Origin: Toensbergia leucococca
Taxonomy: Eukaryota
Direction: 5' to 3'
Assembly: GCA_022813965.1 (NCBI GenBank)
Contig: JALDZS010000035.1
Location: 62,001 to 126,000 of the forward strand
Length of the DNA stretch: 64,000 bases
Position 1 is the stretch's first letter. Each line of letters opens with the position of its first letter. This document shows positions 26,501 through 38,856 of this stretch, in pieces. Under the pieces are notes generated by a model, which saw only the letters and a list, made by a program, of their open reading frames with translations, was not told where the DNA came from and searched no databases. Made by a program: the position numbers and the translations under genes.

Positions 26501-27848
26501 AGGGCATGGCTCACTCGGGCTTTGTCTGTTTCATGTCTGAAAGTCGGCGGTAGATCTTGGAGAAATTTGAAAGCGCTTGTTGCAAGTAAAGATGGCGCAA
26601 TGTCGTAATTATCATTACGAGAATTAGCAAGGACCTGGAGTAAACTCGGAAAATTGCTAAATAGTATCGCGCCACCTTCGAAGAGTCAACAAATCCGATG
26701 GCATAAAAATTTAGACTGGTATTACACACCTTTGGTCTTCAGATCCGTCTTTGAGAGATGTGTGAACGCTGAGGCTAATAACGTCCTAGCCAGTGGATCC
26801 AACTTGAAATGTTCCATGAGCGTTGCCAGGTCAAAGTCGCGGAATATGTCGCCCTCCGAAGTATCTATTGTTTCTGCGATCTTCAACGCTTGTTCTGGAT
26901 CCTGAGTGATCTTCTCCATTTCTTGCACCAACATTTGGTAGTTTCCCGGGTTCTCGACATTTCTACTGATCCCCGGAAATATTTGTGGCGAATTGCCAAC
27001 GAGCAGACGGCGAAAGAATTTGGAAAAGACTTCCATGCCGTTCGATTCCACCAGCTACACGACAGTCAGGAAAGTCGATGAAAACATGTTGAGGCGCCCA
27101 TTTTTCACTAAGTGAAGTTTCATACCTTTCTTATAGCCTCTGCCTGAGAGTCCCACTTTACTTTGCCTTCTTTCTCAGTTATTGAGCCCAGCAGGAGGAA
27201 AACTTGTGTGACGACAATCTTCGACACTGAAGATTGTCCGGAATTGGAAGGAGTGGTTGCAGATATTGTGTAGGCAGATCTATCGAATGTGGTATTGGTA
27301 GGGGAGTTTAGAATATGTTGTGGTAAAGACGGTGAAAATGTCGAGGTCCTGGAGCTTCCTCCGCCGCCACCGCTCCCACCTCCTCCTTCTTGAGATATGA
27401 TGATCGGAGCCGCGGCGGAGGATGCCAAGTGCGAGTTTGAAGATGTCGTGATGGCTCTTGACCGAGGAGACAAGAGTAACTGATTCGTATGAGATCCAGT
27501 TTGCAGGGGGGTGAATGGGGACGCGGATGAAGAATTTGAGGAATTGTGACGACTATTAACGTTTCGAGAAGAGGAATTGAGGACGGATGAGAAGGTGGAA
27601 GCAAAAGGTGAGGCGGATGTTGTGGTGATTGAAGGACTGTTGGATTGACCTGGTCTGCGGACAGTCGAGTCCAGCGATGGTGGGGCAACGTCGGTAGACA
27701 AAGGCGTCAGACCACGGCGACCAGCTGTGGTCGGAGGAGGTAGCCCCCAGGCTGAGTGCTGTGGTCTCGCGGATCTCAGACCAGAGAGTCTATCGGAGCC
27801 AGGAGCAATGTCGGTCTGAGAAGCAGGGGGAGGGGGAGGGAAGTTCAT
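20553..27848 (-). CDS. NOT1: CCR4-NOT scaffold subunit Not1; exons 27848-27126, 27054-26730, 26675-21658, 21609-20710, 20615-20553
   Basis: LATTAVLFGGII, KPIKHKNISFKDLLIEG, VTCKEPLR, ANQLRYPNSHTHYFS and RLIVHRPHPWGLIITLLEL; all four introns canonical and frame-preserving. Confidence 0.97.
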
Positions 27849-28432
27849 CTAGGATGCGCGAGCATTGATATCGCCTGGGGACAGATGGGAACAGGTCGGA
27901 GTCAGCCTGAACAGGTTGGAATGTGTAAGGTAAGGTGGATGGTATAAGGCAATGGAAGTGAGGTTCGTGGAGTTCTTGCACCCAATGAGAATTGAGAAGG
28001 GCGACGGTGCTCTCAACTTCGGATGAACTCACACCCGCATTTCAGCCCTACTTGATGAGTTTAATATTTGCCGGATGAGTTTCAGGTCTGTGCACCCACG
28101 CACCGTCTGATAAATACGGGAGACCACTGGTGCCACGATTTACATGGAGGTGTGCGTCACGTGCGTGTCTCCTAGGCAACCCACTTCTGTTTATCCCCTA
28201 CACACTACCGAGTACCTACTGAAACCGGAACCTCGGAAGCATCCCACTCAGTCAATTTCGTTACACATTGGACATCGCATTGCTGTGTACGGAGTCACAT
28301 TGATCAGAAACTATCTGAAAGTCGGAAAGATCTTGAAGAATACTTGGGCAGTCTTGACCAACTATTCTAGGGGGGTGAAGATATTTTGCAGGCTGTCGAG
28401 CCCTAGTTTGCACTTTCCTCCAGACAGCAGAG

Positions 28433-31400
28433 ATGCCTGGAACTGTGGCCGATGGACCGACAGTCACCATGTCCTGTCAGTAGCTTCCACTCCAAGTCGT
28501 ACTGCGCAAACATACTAACCATAGAAGTCGCAAACAACTTTTGGGGCAAAGAAGACGCTGGAGTTCAACCGCTCCTTGAGCGAATGCACAATGCGAAGAT
28601 TACATGTGACGAGCTGAAGGCTTTTTACAATGGTCAGTTGAGACCTGCTCTGAGCGTCATATCTGGTCGCTTTGCTGAATGTCTCGATAGCTCGAGCTGC
28701 CATTGAAGACGAATATTCTCGGAAGCTACTAGCACTTTGCCGTAAACCATTGGGTTCTTCAGAGGCAGGCTCTTTACGCGCGTCGCTCGATGTCATGCGA
28801 GGAGAAGTCGAATCAATGGGGAAATCACACCAAGGAATTGCAGGCCAAATGAAGAGTGAGCTAGAAGAGCCATTGGCAGCCTATGCCGGAGGTATGAAAG
28901 AGAGGCGAAAGATCGTGCAGGTAGGGGTTGAGAAATTGTTCAAGATTAAATTACAGCAAACACAAGTAGTCAACAAGGTACGATAGGAAGATGAGATGGT
29001 ACGGGCTTTTCGTGTCTAACATTGCATTAGTCCCGAGATAAATACGAGCAAGACTGCTTGAGAATAAAGGGATACTTGGCTCAAGGCCACATGGTCATGG
29101 GACAAGAAGAGCGCAAGAATAAAGCCAAACTAGAGAAGACACAGATTCAGCTGGCCTCGACGAGCAACGAATACGAAGCTGCGGTGAAAGCATTGGAAGA
29201 AACAACAGGCCGTTGGAACAGAGATTGGAAGGCAGCTTGCGACGTAAGCCCATCGACCGTGATAAGTCAAAAAATCCTAGCTAACTTTCCATAAGAAATT
29301 CCAAGACCTTGAAGAGGAGCGACTTGATTTTACGAAGAGCAGCTTGTGGACCTTTGCCAATGTGGCATCAACCGTTTGCGTGACTGATGATGCCGTATGT
29401 CTTTGGGCCTGATCAAATCCAGGCTTAACTGACCTGTGATAGTCCTGCGAGAAGATACGACTTGCGCTAGAAAGCTGCGAAGTCGAAAAGGACATTGTTA
29501 GCTTCATACAAGAAAAGGGTACAGGACAAGAAATTCCTGATCCGCCTAAATATATCAATTTCTGCCGTGGAGACTTGAACGATTCCGCATCGGAAGCCTC
29601 TGACGATGACAGCTACTCAGTAGCACAATTCCAGAGAACTATCAATCCTGCTTTTCGAAGCTCTTCGCCACAACCTTCAACATATGAATCTCACCATGAC
29701 CCACAATCAGATCTGGCTCTACGCTTAGGGAAACAGGAGTCGCATACACCGCCTAGTCGAGAGACGACCATGACCCCCCAGAAAGCTATGCAAGGACCTC
29801 CGCCAACGATTGATTATCGAAGACAGGCTCAAACTCAAGCGCAATATCAGCACAACCAAAAGGAAGAACTACCTACCGTACCTCACAATGAATATCCTAC
29901 TGACGGTATGACGATGTTCTGCCGTACCGCTCCACCTTCTGAGAGAAGTTCGGCTACAAGTCCAATGAGACCATCAAGCCGCGACTCTCAAAGCGAATAT
30001 TCTAACCCTACATCCCTCTCTAGCCAAGATCCAGCAAGTGGCAAACAGTCTCCTATAAAGCAGAATACCGGGCCGGCAGTTCCTACGATCAGCCCAGATA
30101 AACAGGTTCAAAAGAAGAGAAGTGGATTTTTCAGTAATAGTCCTTTTCGGAGGAAGAGTAAGCAAGAAAAAGATGGTCGAGATCACACACAGCCTCCAAT
30201 CCTGGCACCACCTACATCTCGTAGCACTTGGGGTCCATCCAGTGGCCATAATAGCAACGCAACCCCAACCCGTGAGTACGGCCAAGGTTATCAGTCCAGA
30301 AGACTCCAAGACAGGAATCATTCTGGAAGTCCCGAACCCGTAGACCCACGCGCCAGTTTCCAGCTTAATATTGGCCCTAACGTCTTCGACGTCGCGTCTC
30401 CTGACGCTCACAAAAACAAACCATTGCCTCATGGCATGGGCTCGCCCGGGAAAGAACTCGATCCCATCGCGCAAGCGCTTGCTGAACTTCAAGGCGTGAC
30501 AAAGGAGCCATTTGCTCGAGTGACTGCAGACCGCTATCATGGGGTGGCCACCCCGGCTCCTAACGTCGACCTCAATACACCACCAATTTCGCCGCAGCGT
30601 ACCGCCGTCTCAGCCGCCCAGCGTGGAACCCCACCACCGTCCTACAATGACCAACCTGTCAAGCGTCTCGATCTCCCCCAGCCCGCCTTCACATCTGCGC
30701 AAATGCAGCAGACCACTCGCAAATATGTAGGCCAAACGCAAAACATGTATGGTGCGAATTCAGGAACTTCATCAAGACCTGGCACTCGCGGCAGCGCCAA
30801 TGATATACCGCGATCCACCTCTCCCTTGCCGATGCGAAGCGTGAGTCCAAAGCCAGGATACAGCGCAGCGCAGCCTATGAGGAGTGTTAGCCCTCGACCA
30901 GGGTACAACAATGCACAGCAGGGCCAAGGCCAAGCCAACTACACCCGGAGCGCGAGCCCCAATCCATACGGCGGCGGAGCACAGCCAAGACAACCACAAA
31001 ACCCTAGTCCCACAAAGCAAGGCTATAGCAACAGCAGCGCCAATGGGAACTACTCTCATCACACCTCCCCCAACGATGTCCGACGCGCGGCTTCGCCACA
31101 ACCCCAGTTTGCAAGACAAGAGCGGCCGAGCAGTAGCGGGGGAATGGCGTTGCAGCTTGCGGGCGAGCAGCAACAGGGAGGAGCGTACGGTGGGAGTCAG
31201 GGCCGAAGAGGTACCGCTGGGGCTGCTAGACCGATGAGTTATTATGCTGGGCCAGGCCCTGGCATGGATGGTGGGAGGGTAGCGATCAGTGAGGTACCGG
31301 CAAGGGTAAGGAGTAAAAGCGTGGTGGATGCAAGGCAATATACCAAGGATGGACGGCCGATCTTGCAGTTTGGTGAGTTTTTAAACGCATTCATTTTTTT

Positions 31401-31639
31401 ATTTTCCCACTTGGATTTTGGCTCTTTTACCAGAGGGATTTTGTGCTGACTTTTGGGGTTGATGAACAGCTCGTGCGTTGTACGTCTATCGCGCGGCTAT
31501 TGCCGAGGAACTAAGCTTTGCAAAGGGCGATGTGTTGGCGGTGTTGAGGGTGCAGGATGATGGGTGGTGGGAGGCGGAGGTTACGGGGGGGAAGGGGAGG
31601 CCGGGGTTGGTTCCGAGTAATTATTTGCAGTCGTGCTAG
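28433..31639 (+). CDS. HOF1: F-BAR/SH3 cytokinesis protein (Hof1/Cdc15/Imp2 family), multi-exon
   Basis: MPGTVADGPTVTMSFANNFWGKEDAG, RAAIEDEYSRKL and FQDLEEERLDFTK (F-BAR), a long Pro/Ser-rich linker, and a last exon with SH3 ARALYVY...EELSFAKGD...DDGWWEAE...GLVPSNYL. Confidence 0.9.
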
Positions 31640-32167
31640 GGAGAGGCGATTGTATTTGTATAGTTGATATGCCTGTCGAGGGTGGGGGTTGTGGGGGGAG
31701 AGAGATTGTTGGATAGGGGTTTTTTATGCGCATATAGGGGGTTGGATGATAGTTTGTGAGGTTGGATGGGATCTTTTTTTGCCTGTGTGCTGTGGATGAG
31801 GCGGGGAGGGATACTTTTGTATATTGCCTCTTTCTTTTTTTTTTTTTAAATAAAAAAGGCTGAGGATTGAATCAAATGGGAGAGAGATTTGTGTACCTAC
31901 GGTCTTTTTCGTTGGATGTATCGAGTAAAGTCTGAGCTGTTTTTTCCCGGGGGGGAGGGCTGGGGGGTGGATGGTAAATGTGGCTTTTGGTTTGAAGGAA
32001 AAACGAAAAGGTTAGCTTGGAGATAGTTTGTGGGAAAGATATGGGTTGGGAGGGAAGGATAAATAAGATATTATAGAAGCAACAATGATGATGGGGAAAT
32101 GGGTCCTCTTGTAAGCTCCACTCCGCAATCCCAGCTCGTTCCACCCCCGTCTCCTCCCTCAAAACCC

Positions 32168-34739
32168 TCACCCCCTCCCCAAATCCACGTCCAAAACCTT
32201 TACAAATTCCCCCCTCTCCCCCTCCACTTCCTCCCCTCCCCCAACCTCCCCCACCCTCCCTCCCACCCCCACACCAAAAAAGAAACCCTGAACCACCACC
32301 CTCACAACCCCCTCCCAAACCGCGCCCACCACCCCCCTCAACCCCGCCCCCGTCTGCCCAAAATCCGGAAACGCATTCACCTCCAACAACCACACCCTCC
32401 CTGCGGCATCGACCAGCCAATCGAGGCCAAAGACCTCGAACGCGTTCGGCAGCGCCTGGAAGTGGATGCTTTGGGTCCGGGCGGCGGCGAGGAAGATGGT
32501 GCCCGTTGCGGTGTGGAGTTGGCTTGTTATGGAGTTTTTGAGGGAGGGGGGGAGGGGGAGGGTGTGGAGGGTTTGGACGAGGGGGGGAGAATTATGCTGG
32601 TGTTGGTTGGGGGGGAAGTGGAGGCAGGTGTTTGTTAGGTGGATTAGGGGGTTGAGGTGGGAGGTTGGGGTTTGGCCTGGGGGTGTGTAGGGGGTTGGGG
32701 CGAAGAGGGCTAAGGATTGGCTGTGGGTGTAGATTTTTAGGGCACCGTGGGCGAGGGCGTAGGTTCTTAGGTGGAATTTGCGGTTTTGGTGGGTGGGGAG
32801 GAGGAGGGGGTTGGGGATGTAGGGTTGGGCGATGAAGTGGCGGAGTTGGGAGGTGATGATTGCGGTGTTTTGTGGTGGTGGTGGGGTTGAGAGGGAGGGT
32901 GAGGTGGTGGCTGAGGAGTGGAGGGTTGGGCGTTCTGTGGATTCGGAGTCGGAGTCGGAGTTGGGGGAGTCGGCTTCCCATTCTTCGAAGATGTGGCGCA
33001 GTTCTTCTTCTGTGCTGAAGAGGCGGATGCCCTGGCCGCGATCGCTCATGCTGGGTTTGAGAATCCACCATTCGCGATCTTGGGGTTCTTTGTCCTCGTT
33101 TCGGGCAAAGGACTCGTGGAGCTCGTAGGCTTCGAGGAGGGCTTCGTCGAGGAATTCGGCGTAGTCGAGTTCGAAGTCTAGGGTTGGCTTGACGTGGTCT
33201 TTGAGCGGGCTGTCGGGGTGCTTGGAGAGCCAGGATGAGACGGTGTGGGCGAGGTAGTGTTTGCGAATCAGGGCTTTGCGGATTATGTAGGAGTTTGCGA
33301 GGGAAGTCAAGGGGTGAGCTAGGAGATGCTCAAAGTCTATGGTTTCGTAGGAGGTGATTTGGAGGATTGGACTTGATGGAGATGGGAGCTCGGATAGTGA
33401 ATTGATGAGGATGTATGAGGATGGCGGTAGCTGAGACTTAAGGGCTTGAAGGATGAGGGGTTGGACGTAATCATCTTCATAGTTGATCAATGCGTATATT
33501 TTTGGATGCTGGACTTGTTTGACGGGACTGGAAGAGCATAATTCGTGAGAGGAAGGCCTAGTGATTGGAAGTAGTCAGAATGCACAAATAGATGTAGGAG
33601 CGAATACGCTCAGCAGAGAAACGGGTGAAAGATTGCTATCTATAGTCTATGTATCTTTATGTACAGCTTTGATTGACTTACAGCTTCAATTCTCCCAGTG
33701 AAATTGAGGGTACGTGCATAAAGTTTGCCTTCAATGGAGTAACACTGATAAAGTAACAATCAGCCATGTCGACAACATTCAAGCCAAAGGACACAAACCT
33801 TGAGTATCCTTCCTTAATCGCCCACCCGTCATTCCCCGGTGGACTATCCTCAATGCTCTTTTGAATATCTGAAAATTTAGGGGTCCATTTAAAATGTCTA
33901 TGCTTGTGTCTCGTATTCATCATTCGACTCTCACGGCCATCAGTAGTTTCTCCTCCCTCTCTGATCTCCTTCTCCTGACTATTCGCAGTCACGTTATTCT
34001 CGTTAGCTTCAACCTCTTGGAAAGAAGTACCCGAAGACCAATAATTTTGTAAAGCATTTGTATACATGACCTTGTGATGCTCAATACCCTCAACTAATGG
34101 CACATTGATCGAGTATAGATCGACATCTTGGCCCCAATTGTTGTAGAGATGTTCAATAAGCTTAGCGGAGAGACGAGAGGCTGCGGCTATCAGGCTCGGA
34201 TCATGGTCTCTGGAATAGAATGCATAGGAAATAGCTATGGCTTTCTTTCGACAGACAGCAGCTTCCATTGCCCCACCTATTGTGCCACTGGACAGGCTGA
34301 AAAGGGCTGTTGAATTTCTACCATAGTTAGGGCCTGAAACAACCAAATCAACTGGCCCTCGATCCTGGAAAAAGTGATACAAGCCAAGCTGAGTACATGT
34401 GGCCGGCGTGCCATTGACCAAAACCCATTCCTCCTCATCTGCTTCTCTTGCTAGGGGCTTTTCATAGATCTGGCCATCATCTTTGTGGAGAGTGCCTGGA
34501 CGAAAGTAGGTGGGCTTTGTCAACTGGCCAACAAAGTGTGCTTTGCCTATCCAGGACTTCTGTTCGTGGGGAAGTACGACTGATACTATGTGACCTGCTG
34601 TCTGTAGTGTCTTTATGAAAGAATGAATATATGGAGAGGATTGATTGGAGGGGGGACCATCATCGTTAACGATCTGAACTCGAAGGTCAGCACTTCATTG
34701 CAGTCAGTCCCGATGTCAACAGCTCACAAGTATATGCAT
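32168..34739 (-). CDS. PBY1: SurE-like phosphatase/tubulin-tyrosine-ligase fusion; exons 34739-34728, 34673-33799, 33744-33682, 33557-32168
   Basis: SurE motifs MHILIVNDDGPPS, VVSGPNYGRN and SGTIGGAMEA; TTL motifs IIRKALIRKHYL, WILKPSMSDRGQGIRLF and LLEVNAFPDF. Intron 33681-33558 joins the two halves in frame. Confidence 0.88.
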
Positions 34740-35879
34740 ATTGCCGGAGATTGAAAAATGGTGGCTGTCTTTACCTGGTACGGGTAGTTCATGTCATTTC
34801 GAATGCCGTCGGTGACGATATTGTTTTTTATTCACGAGAAATGTCTTTCAACCAATGAGCAGAGTTTATTACCTGTCTAGGTAACTTCAAAAGTTACCTC
34901 CATGATTGCCTGATTATCGACACATTTTCTTTCATTAACTGTCATCAGCAACAGACTAATTCAGTTACACAATCTAGCGTCTGGAGATCCTTCTTCGAAA
35001 ACTGACTCTGTGATGAAGTGAGTTGTGTCTAGAAAGATACCAGCTGTTTGCTAGCCATTTATTACGGTAGACTAACTGAAGCTGGGAGAAAAGGAGAAAA
35101 TATAAGTGGCTGCAGAATCTACTCACAGCAGTGAAAACTCAAAAGAACAGAATCAAGAATCCAATCAGTCTCATTGAGATAGATGAAGTTACGTGTAAAC
35201 AAGGGTGGAGAAAATCAGGACGCCACCATGATCGAAAAATAAGAGAAGGCAGCTTGCTATTGCGAGAAGAATGCAGTCACGGGCCATACCACCGCCGTCG
35301 AACATCACCATTCTGTCGCTGTGGATTGAGGTTAGGAAAAGGGAGACCTTGAGTAAGTCGGACACTAAGACCTCTTCATCTAGCCATCTCAGAAATGATC
35401 AATCCTACGCACGGCTAAATTTCTTCTGTGGCTGGGACGCCGTGACTAGGCTTAGGGCTCTTGTTTTTGAAACGTTAGTCCGAGGCATTGCCGTCTGTAT
35501 TCGGGGCATCCAGGGGGGGGTTTCTTGGTAATATGGGGATTTGGTGTTTAATTATCCTCTGTTTCTTCCCGTTCACTCGAAATTCAATCATGGAAATAAT
35601 TTCCCTTCCTTTCTCTACCTACATGACTTTCTTGCCAGTCCCCCGAGCTCCCTGGACATTTCGAATCCCAGTCCCACCAAAACAGTATTTAAAAAACTCA
35701 TCTATAACCCCTAAACTCAAACGATCAAGCAACCCATGCAATAACCCCCTCGACTTTCTTACCCCAAATTTCTCAGACGGCGGTGTCTTATCTACCTACG
35801 CCTTTCTTCCATAGGTCGGAGACTATGCCCGCTGTCAACACCAAACCTACCTGCACAATCAATACCACCATCCCGCTCT

Positions 35880-36130
35880 TACACCCTTATTGCTTACTTC
35901 TTTTCCCGCTCTTTGTTCCCCTCTCTCAGACCGTGATTGTCCACATGTCGCCCACTATCCCTCACTCTCTTCTCTATCCCCCTGATTGTTCACTTCCTTT
36001 TCCGCTCTTTGTTTCCCCCTCTCAGCCCCCGACAAAACCTCTCGCCTACCATCTCACCATCATTGTCCCTCCCTCTCCTCTCAATCCCCCTCATTGTCCA
36101 CTACCATCCCCTTATTGTCCACCTCACCCC
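35880..36130 (+). repeat. Imperfect pyrimidine-rich tandem repeats containing ATTGTYCAC
   Basis: cttttcccgctctttgttccc (~35900) and cttttccgctctttgtttccc (~35997), plus recurring attgtccac/attgttcac. Confidence 0.55.
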
Positions 36131-36294
36131 ACCTCACACTCCCCTCACCCCCAATTATAAGACACCCCCCCAACCCCCCTCTCCTCATCCCTCAACCCCC
36201 AAATCCCCCTCCAAACCCAAGCTCCAACCCCCAGCTAACAAACCCTCCAGATCCAACCCACCCATCACCAAAAAAACCACACACACCGAAAACA

Positions 36295-36459
36295 ATGTGT
36301 CACAAACTCACCACCTACTACCACTGCGGCCACATCTCCGGCACCGAAACAAGCTACTGCGCCCACAAACCCGGGAATCCCCAGTGCCCGATGCAAGAAT
36401 CTTTGGAATGGCTGCCGCACGATTGCGTTCCGTGCAATGTGGCCAAGAATAGTCAGTGA
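36295..36459 (+). CDS. 54-aa Cys/His-rich microprotein (MC-x8-CGH...CxxC)
   Basis: aacaATG context; MCHKLTTYYHCGHISGTETSYCAHKPGNPQCPMQESLEWLPHDCVPC; a complex-sequence island inside low-complexity flanks. Confidence 0.65.
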   Translation: MCHKLTTYYHCGHISGTETSYCAHKPGNPQCPMQESLEWLPHDCVPCNVAKNSQ

Positions 36460-36972
36460 GGTGCCGGGGTAGGTTGCTTTTTGAGATGGAGGTTTTTTTG
36501 GGCTGGGAGGGAGGGAGGGGATGTTTAGAGTGCGGGTGTGATTTGAGGGGTGGGAGGGGGATGGGGTTGGTTGGAGATGTTTTTTTATGCTTGGGGCTGT
36601 TTTTGTGTTGATAGTGTCGGTTTGTTGAATACATGCATGTTTGAATGTACAAGATTTGTCAAAGCAAAAGAATATATGCGCGATGAGCCATGTGGATTTA
36701 GGAGGCTATGTAGCTTAGAATGTACTGGAGGGTCGTTCATTCCCCCTCATGGATCCTATTGCTTGAAAAAGCCAGCGGTCTCGAAAAATACGGACATCTC
36801 TCGAATGTTTTTCTGATTTGATGGACACTCTGTTCTATCTGGAAAGGCTAGATCTGCGACCCTTTAAGCCCCCTCCCCAAACAACCGGGAATACCCAACT
36901 TGGTAGACAGCAGTGGGCTATGCCTCGATGAACACGCTCCGAGAGATTGACAGACTGATGTTTAGCAGGGGC

Positions 36973-38025
36973 TTAAAGCTGAACGACGGCCTGACTCTGA
37001 ACCATGGCCCTCTTACCGACTGCTTGAGCCTTCCACGTAGTTGTAACAACATAGAAGTCTGTGTCCTCCAACTCAGATTGGCTGTGACCAGTCCCCCGGT
37101 TGAAAGGATTTTTCCATGTGCTCTCGCTCACATTTTGCTCCGCAACAAGCTCTTCCCCATTGCCAATGTCAAAAGTATATGTGTTAAGACGCTGCACCAT
37201 AGGATCCAAAGAGGCCTTCTCTGCTACAATTGCTTCCAGCTCGATCCTCAGAATCTTAAGCCCACGGAACACATTCTCGCAATCCTCACTATCGAGCATT
37301 TTCTCGGTCTCAAGATTATTAATGTCAGCCCAGAAAGGCGCTCGATGGATGTCCCGAACAGTGATAGTCAAAGTCTGAGGGTATGGCCCATGCAGACCCA
37401 CGCACATATAAGGCCTTCTCTCTGACTTGTAACTGCGCCCCTTGCGTGTATCGCTCAATTCAGCAAAAATATAACAGTCGAAGAATTTTGCAAGATGCAA
37501 GGCACCAAGTTGACTGCAATCTGCGAAGATATGAACATGCTGGACGGCTGCGAGCTGTTCAGATGTGAAGGGCCTGAAATAATCCAAGGAAGTCGTGGGA
37601 GGGTAGGAGCCAGTGCAGCTGACATTATACCATAGAGCGTGCGTGTTGATTGCTACTGGTAGAAGACGAGTTTCTCGATAGATCCGACGACATGTACTCA
37701 ACAAAGCTGTGTCTATGCGACGAGGGTAGAAGTAGCCAGGGCGGTTTTCTGCAGCGGGCTCATCCCAGAGATGATGTCTAGGGCTCCCGAGCAATACTTT
37801 GGGTGACATAGACATATCCTCGTATGACGTGACGGCGAGGGTGAAGATGATATGTCTGATTTCCGGTGGAAGGCCCTTTTCAGGATGGAAAAATGGAGAG
37901 GTCAACTGCGGGTCATCAACAGTGGCACTATTGTCAGCATGCCGCTGTTGTTGTTGTAGTCGGGCTGACTGGCTTGGCGTTTCTCTTGAAGAGGCTCTCC
38001 CCCTACTGCCTCTTTTCCTGACCAT
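36973..38025 (-). CDS. Lineage-specific protein with F-box-like LPPEIR motif
   Basis: 350-aa intronless ORF with GLPPEIRHIIF and ALLSTCRRIYRETR. Confidence 0.75.
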   Translation of the reverse strand: MVRKRGSRGRASSRETPSQSARLQQQQRHADNSATVDDPQLTSPFFHPEKGLPPEIRHIIFTLAVTSYEDMSMSPKVLLGSPRHHLWDEPAAENRPGYFYPRRIDTALLSTCRRIYRETRLLPVAINTHALWYNVSCTGSYPPTTSLDYFRPFTSEQLAAVQHVHIFADCSQLGALHLAKFFDCYIFAELSDTRKGRSYKSERRPYMCVGLHGPYPQTLTITVRDIHRAPFWADINNLETEKMLDSEDCENVFRGLKILRIELEAIVAEKASLDPMVQRLNTYTFDIGNGEELVAEQNVSESTWKNPFNRGTGHSQSELEDTDFYVVTTTWKAQAVGKRAMVQSQAVVQL

Positions 38026-38420
38026 GTTGTGACTACGGCACAAGTGAGTGACTTGTTAAGGCTTCAGGTACTAGAAATTTGGCTTGTAGAGTCTTGTCAC
38101 ACCAGTGTAAGATGTTGGTTCTGACAAAAGACCGATGAGTATGAAAGGATCGTCTGAAGTTAGTCTCAGGAGCGCAGATCCTTCCTAATGATTTATATGA
38201 AGTTGAGCAAGGCAGCTTTACAATTTACACGAAAGGCAAAAATCGATCTCACATGGGATGACAGGTGCCAGATGCATAATTATTGGAAAATGCATGAAGA
38301 CTGAAGTGCAACAGAAGCTGGACAAGTAAGGTAAGTCACAAACAGCAACAGTCTACCTGCCTCAATCAACCTCTGGTTATTTTACTCTTCGGAGCTCGCT
38401 GTCGCCGATTGTAAGTCCGG

Positions 38421-38856
38421 ATTTAGCATATTCATATCATCTGCGACATCTTGGCACCGCAGATCCCCCCCCACCTCCACCCCAATACCTATGCCTACAT
38501 CATACCTACATCAGATTTAGTACTGTAAGCTTAACAGCTTTTAGAGAATCATCTGTGAACATCATTCAGTAGAAAAGTATCACTCATCTATGAATTCTAG
38601 CAGCGTTGTGAGTCATGACCGCAGTATGTCAATTTTGAGGGGGAAGAACTATCATTACTGTTAAAATCTCTGAAGTCTTTATAAGTGTTACTCACCTACT
38701 AAATGATATCATCAGATGCTTCTTAGTAACTTCTTAGTGACTATTAAGTTAACAGTACTGAATTTGATGTAGATATAATGAAGGCATAAAAATTGAGATG
38801 AAGGTGAGGGGGATCTGTAATGTCAAGATGTCACAGATGATATGAATGTGCTAAAT
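38421..38856. mobile_element. Foldback/MITE-like non-autonomous element with long degenerate inverted repeats
   Basis: The left arm atttagcatattcatatcatctgcgacatcttggcaccgcagatcccc matches the reverse complement of the right arm (atttagcacattcatatcatctgtgacatcttgacattacagatcccc), and the similarity continues about 170 bp inward. Confidence 0.75.
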
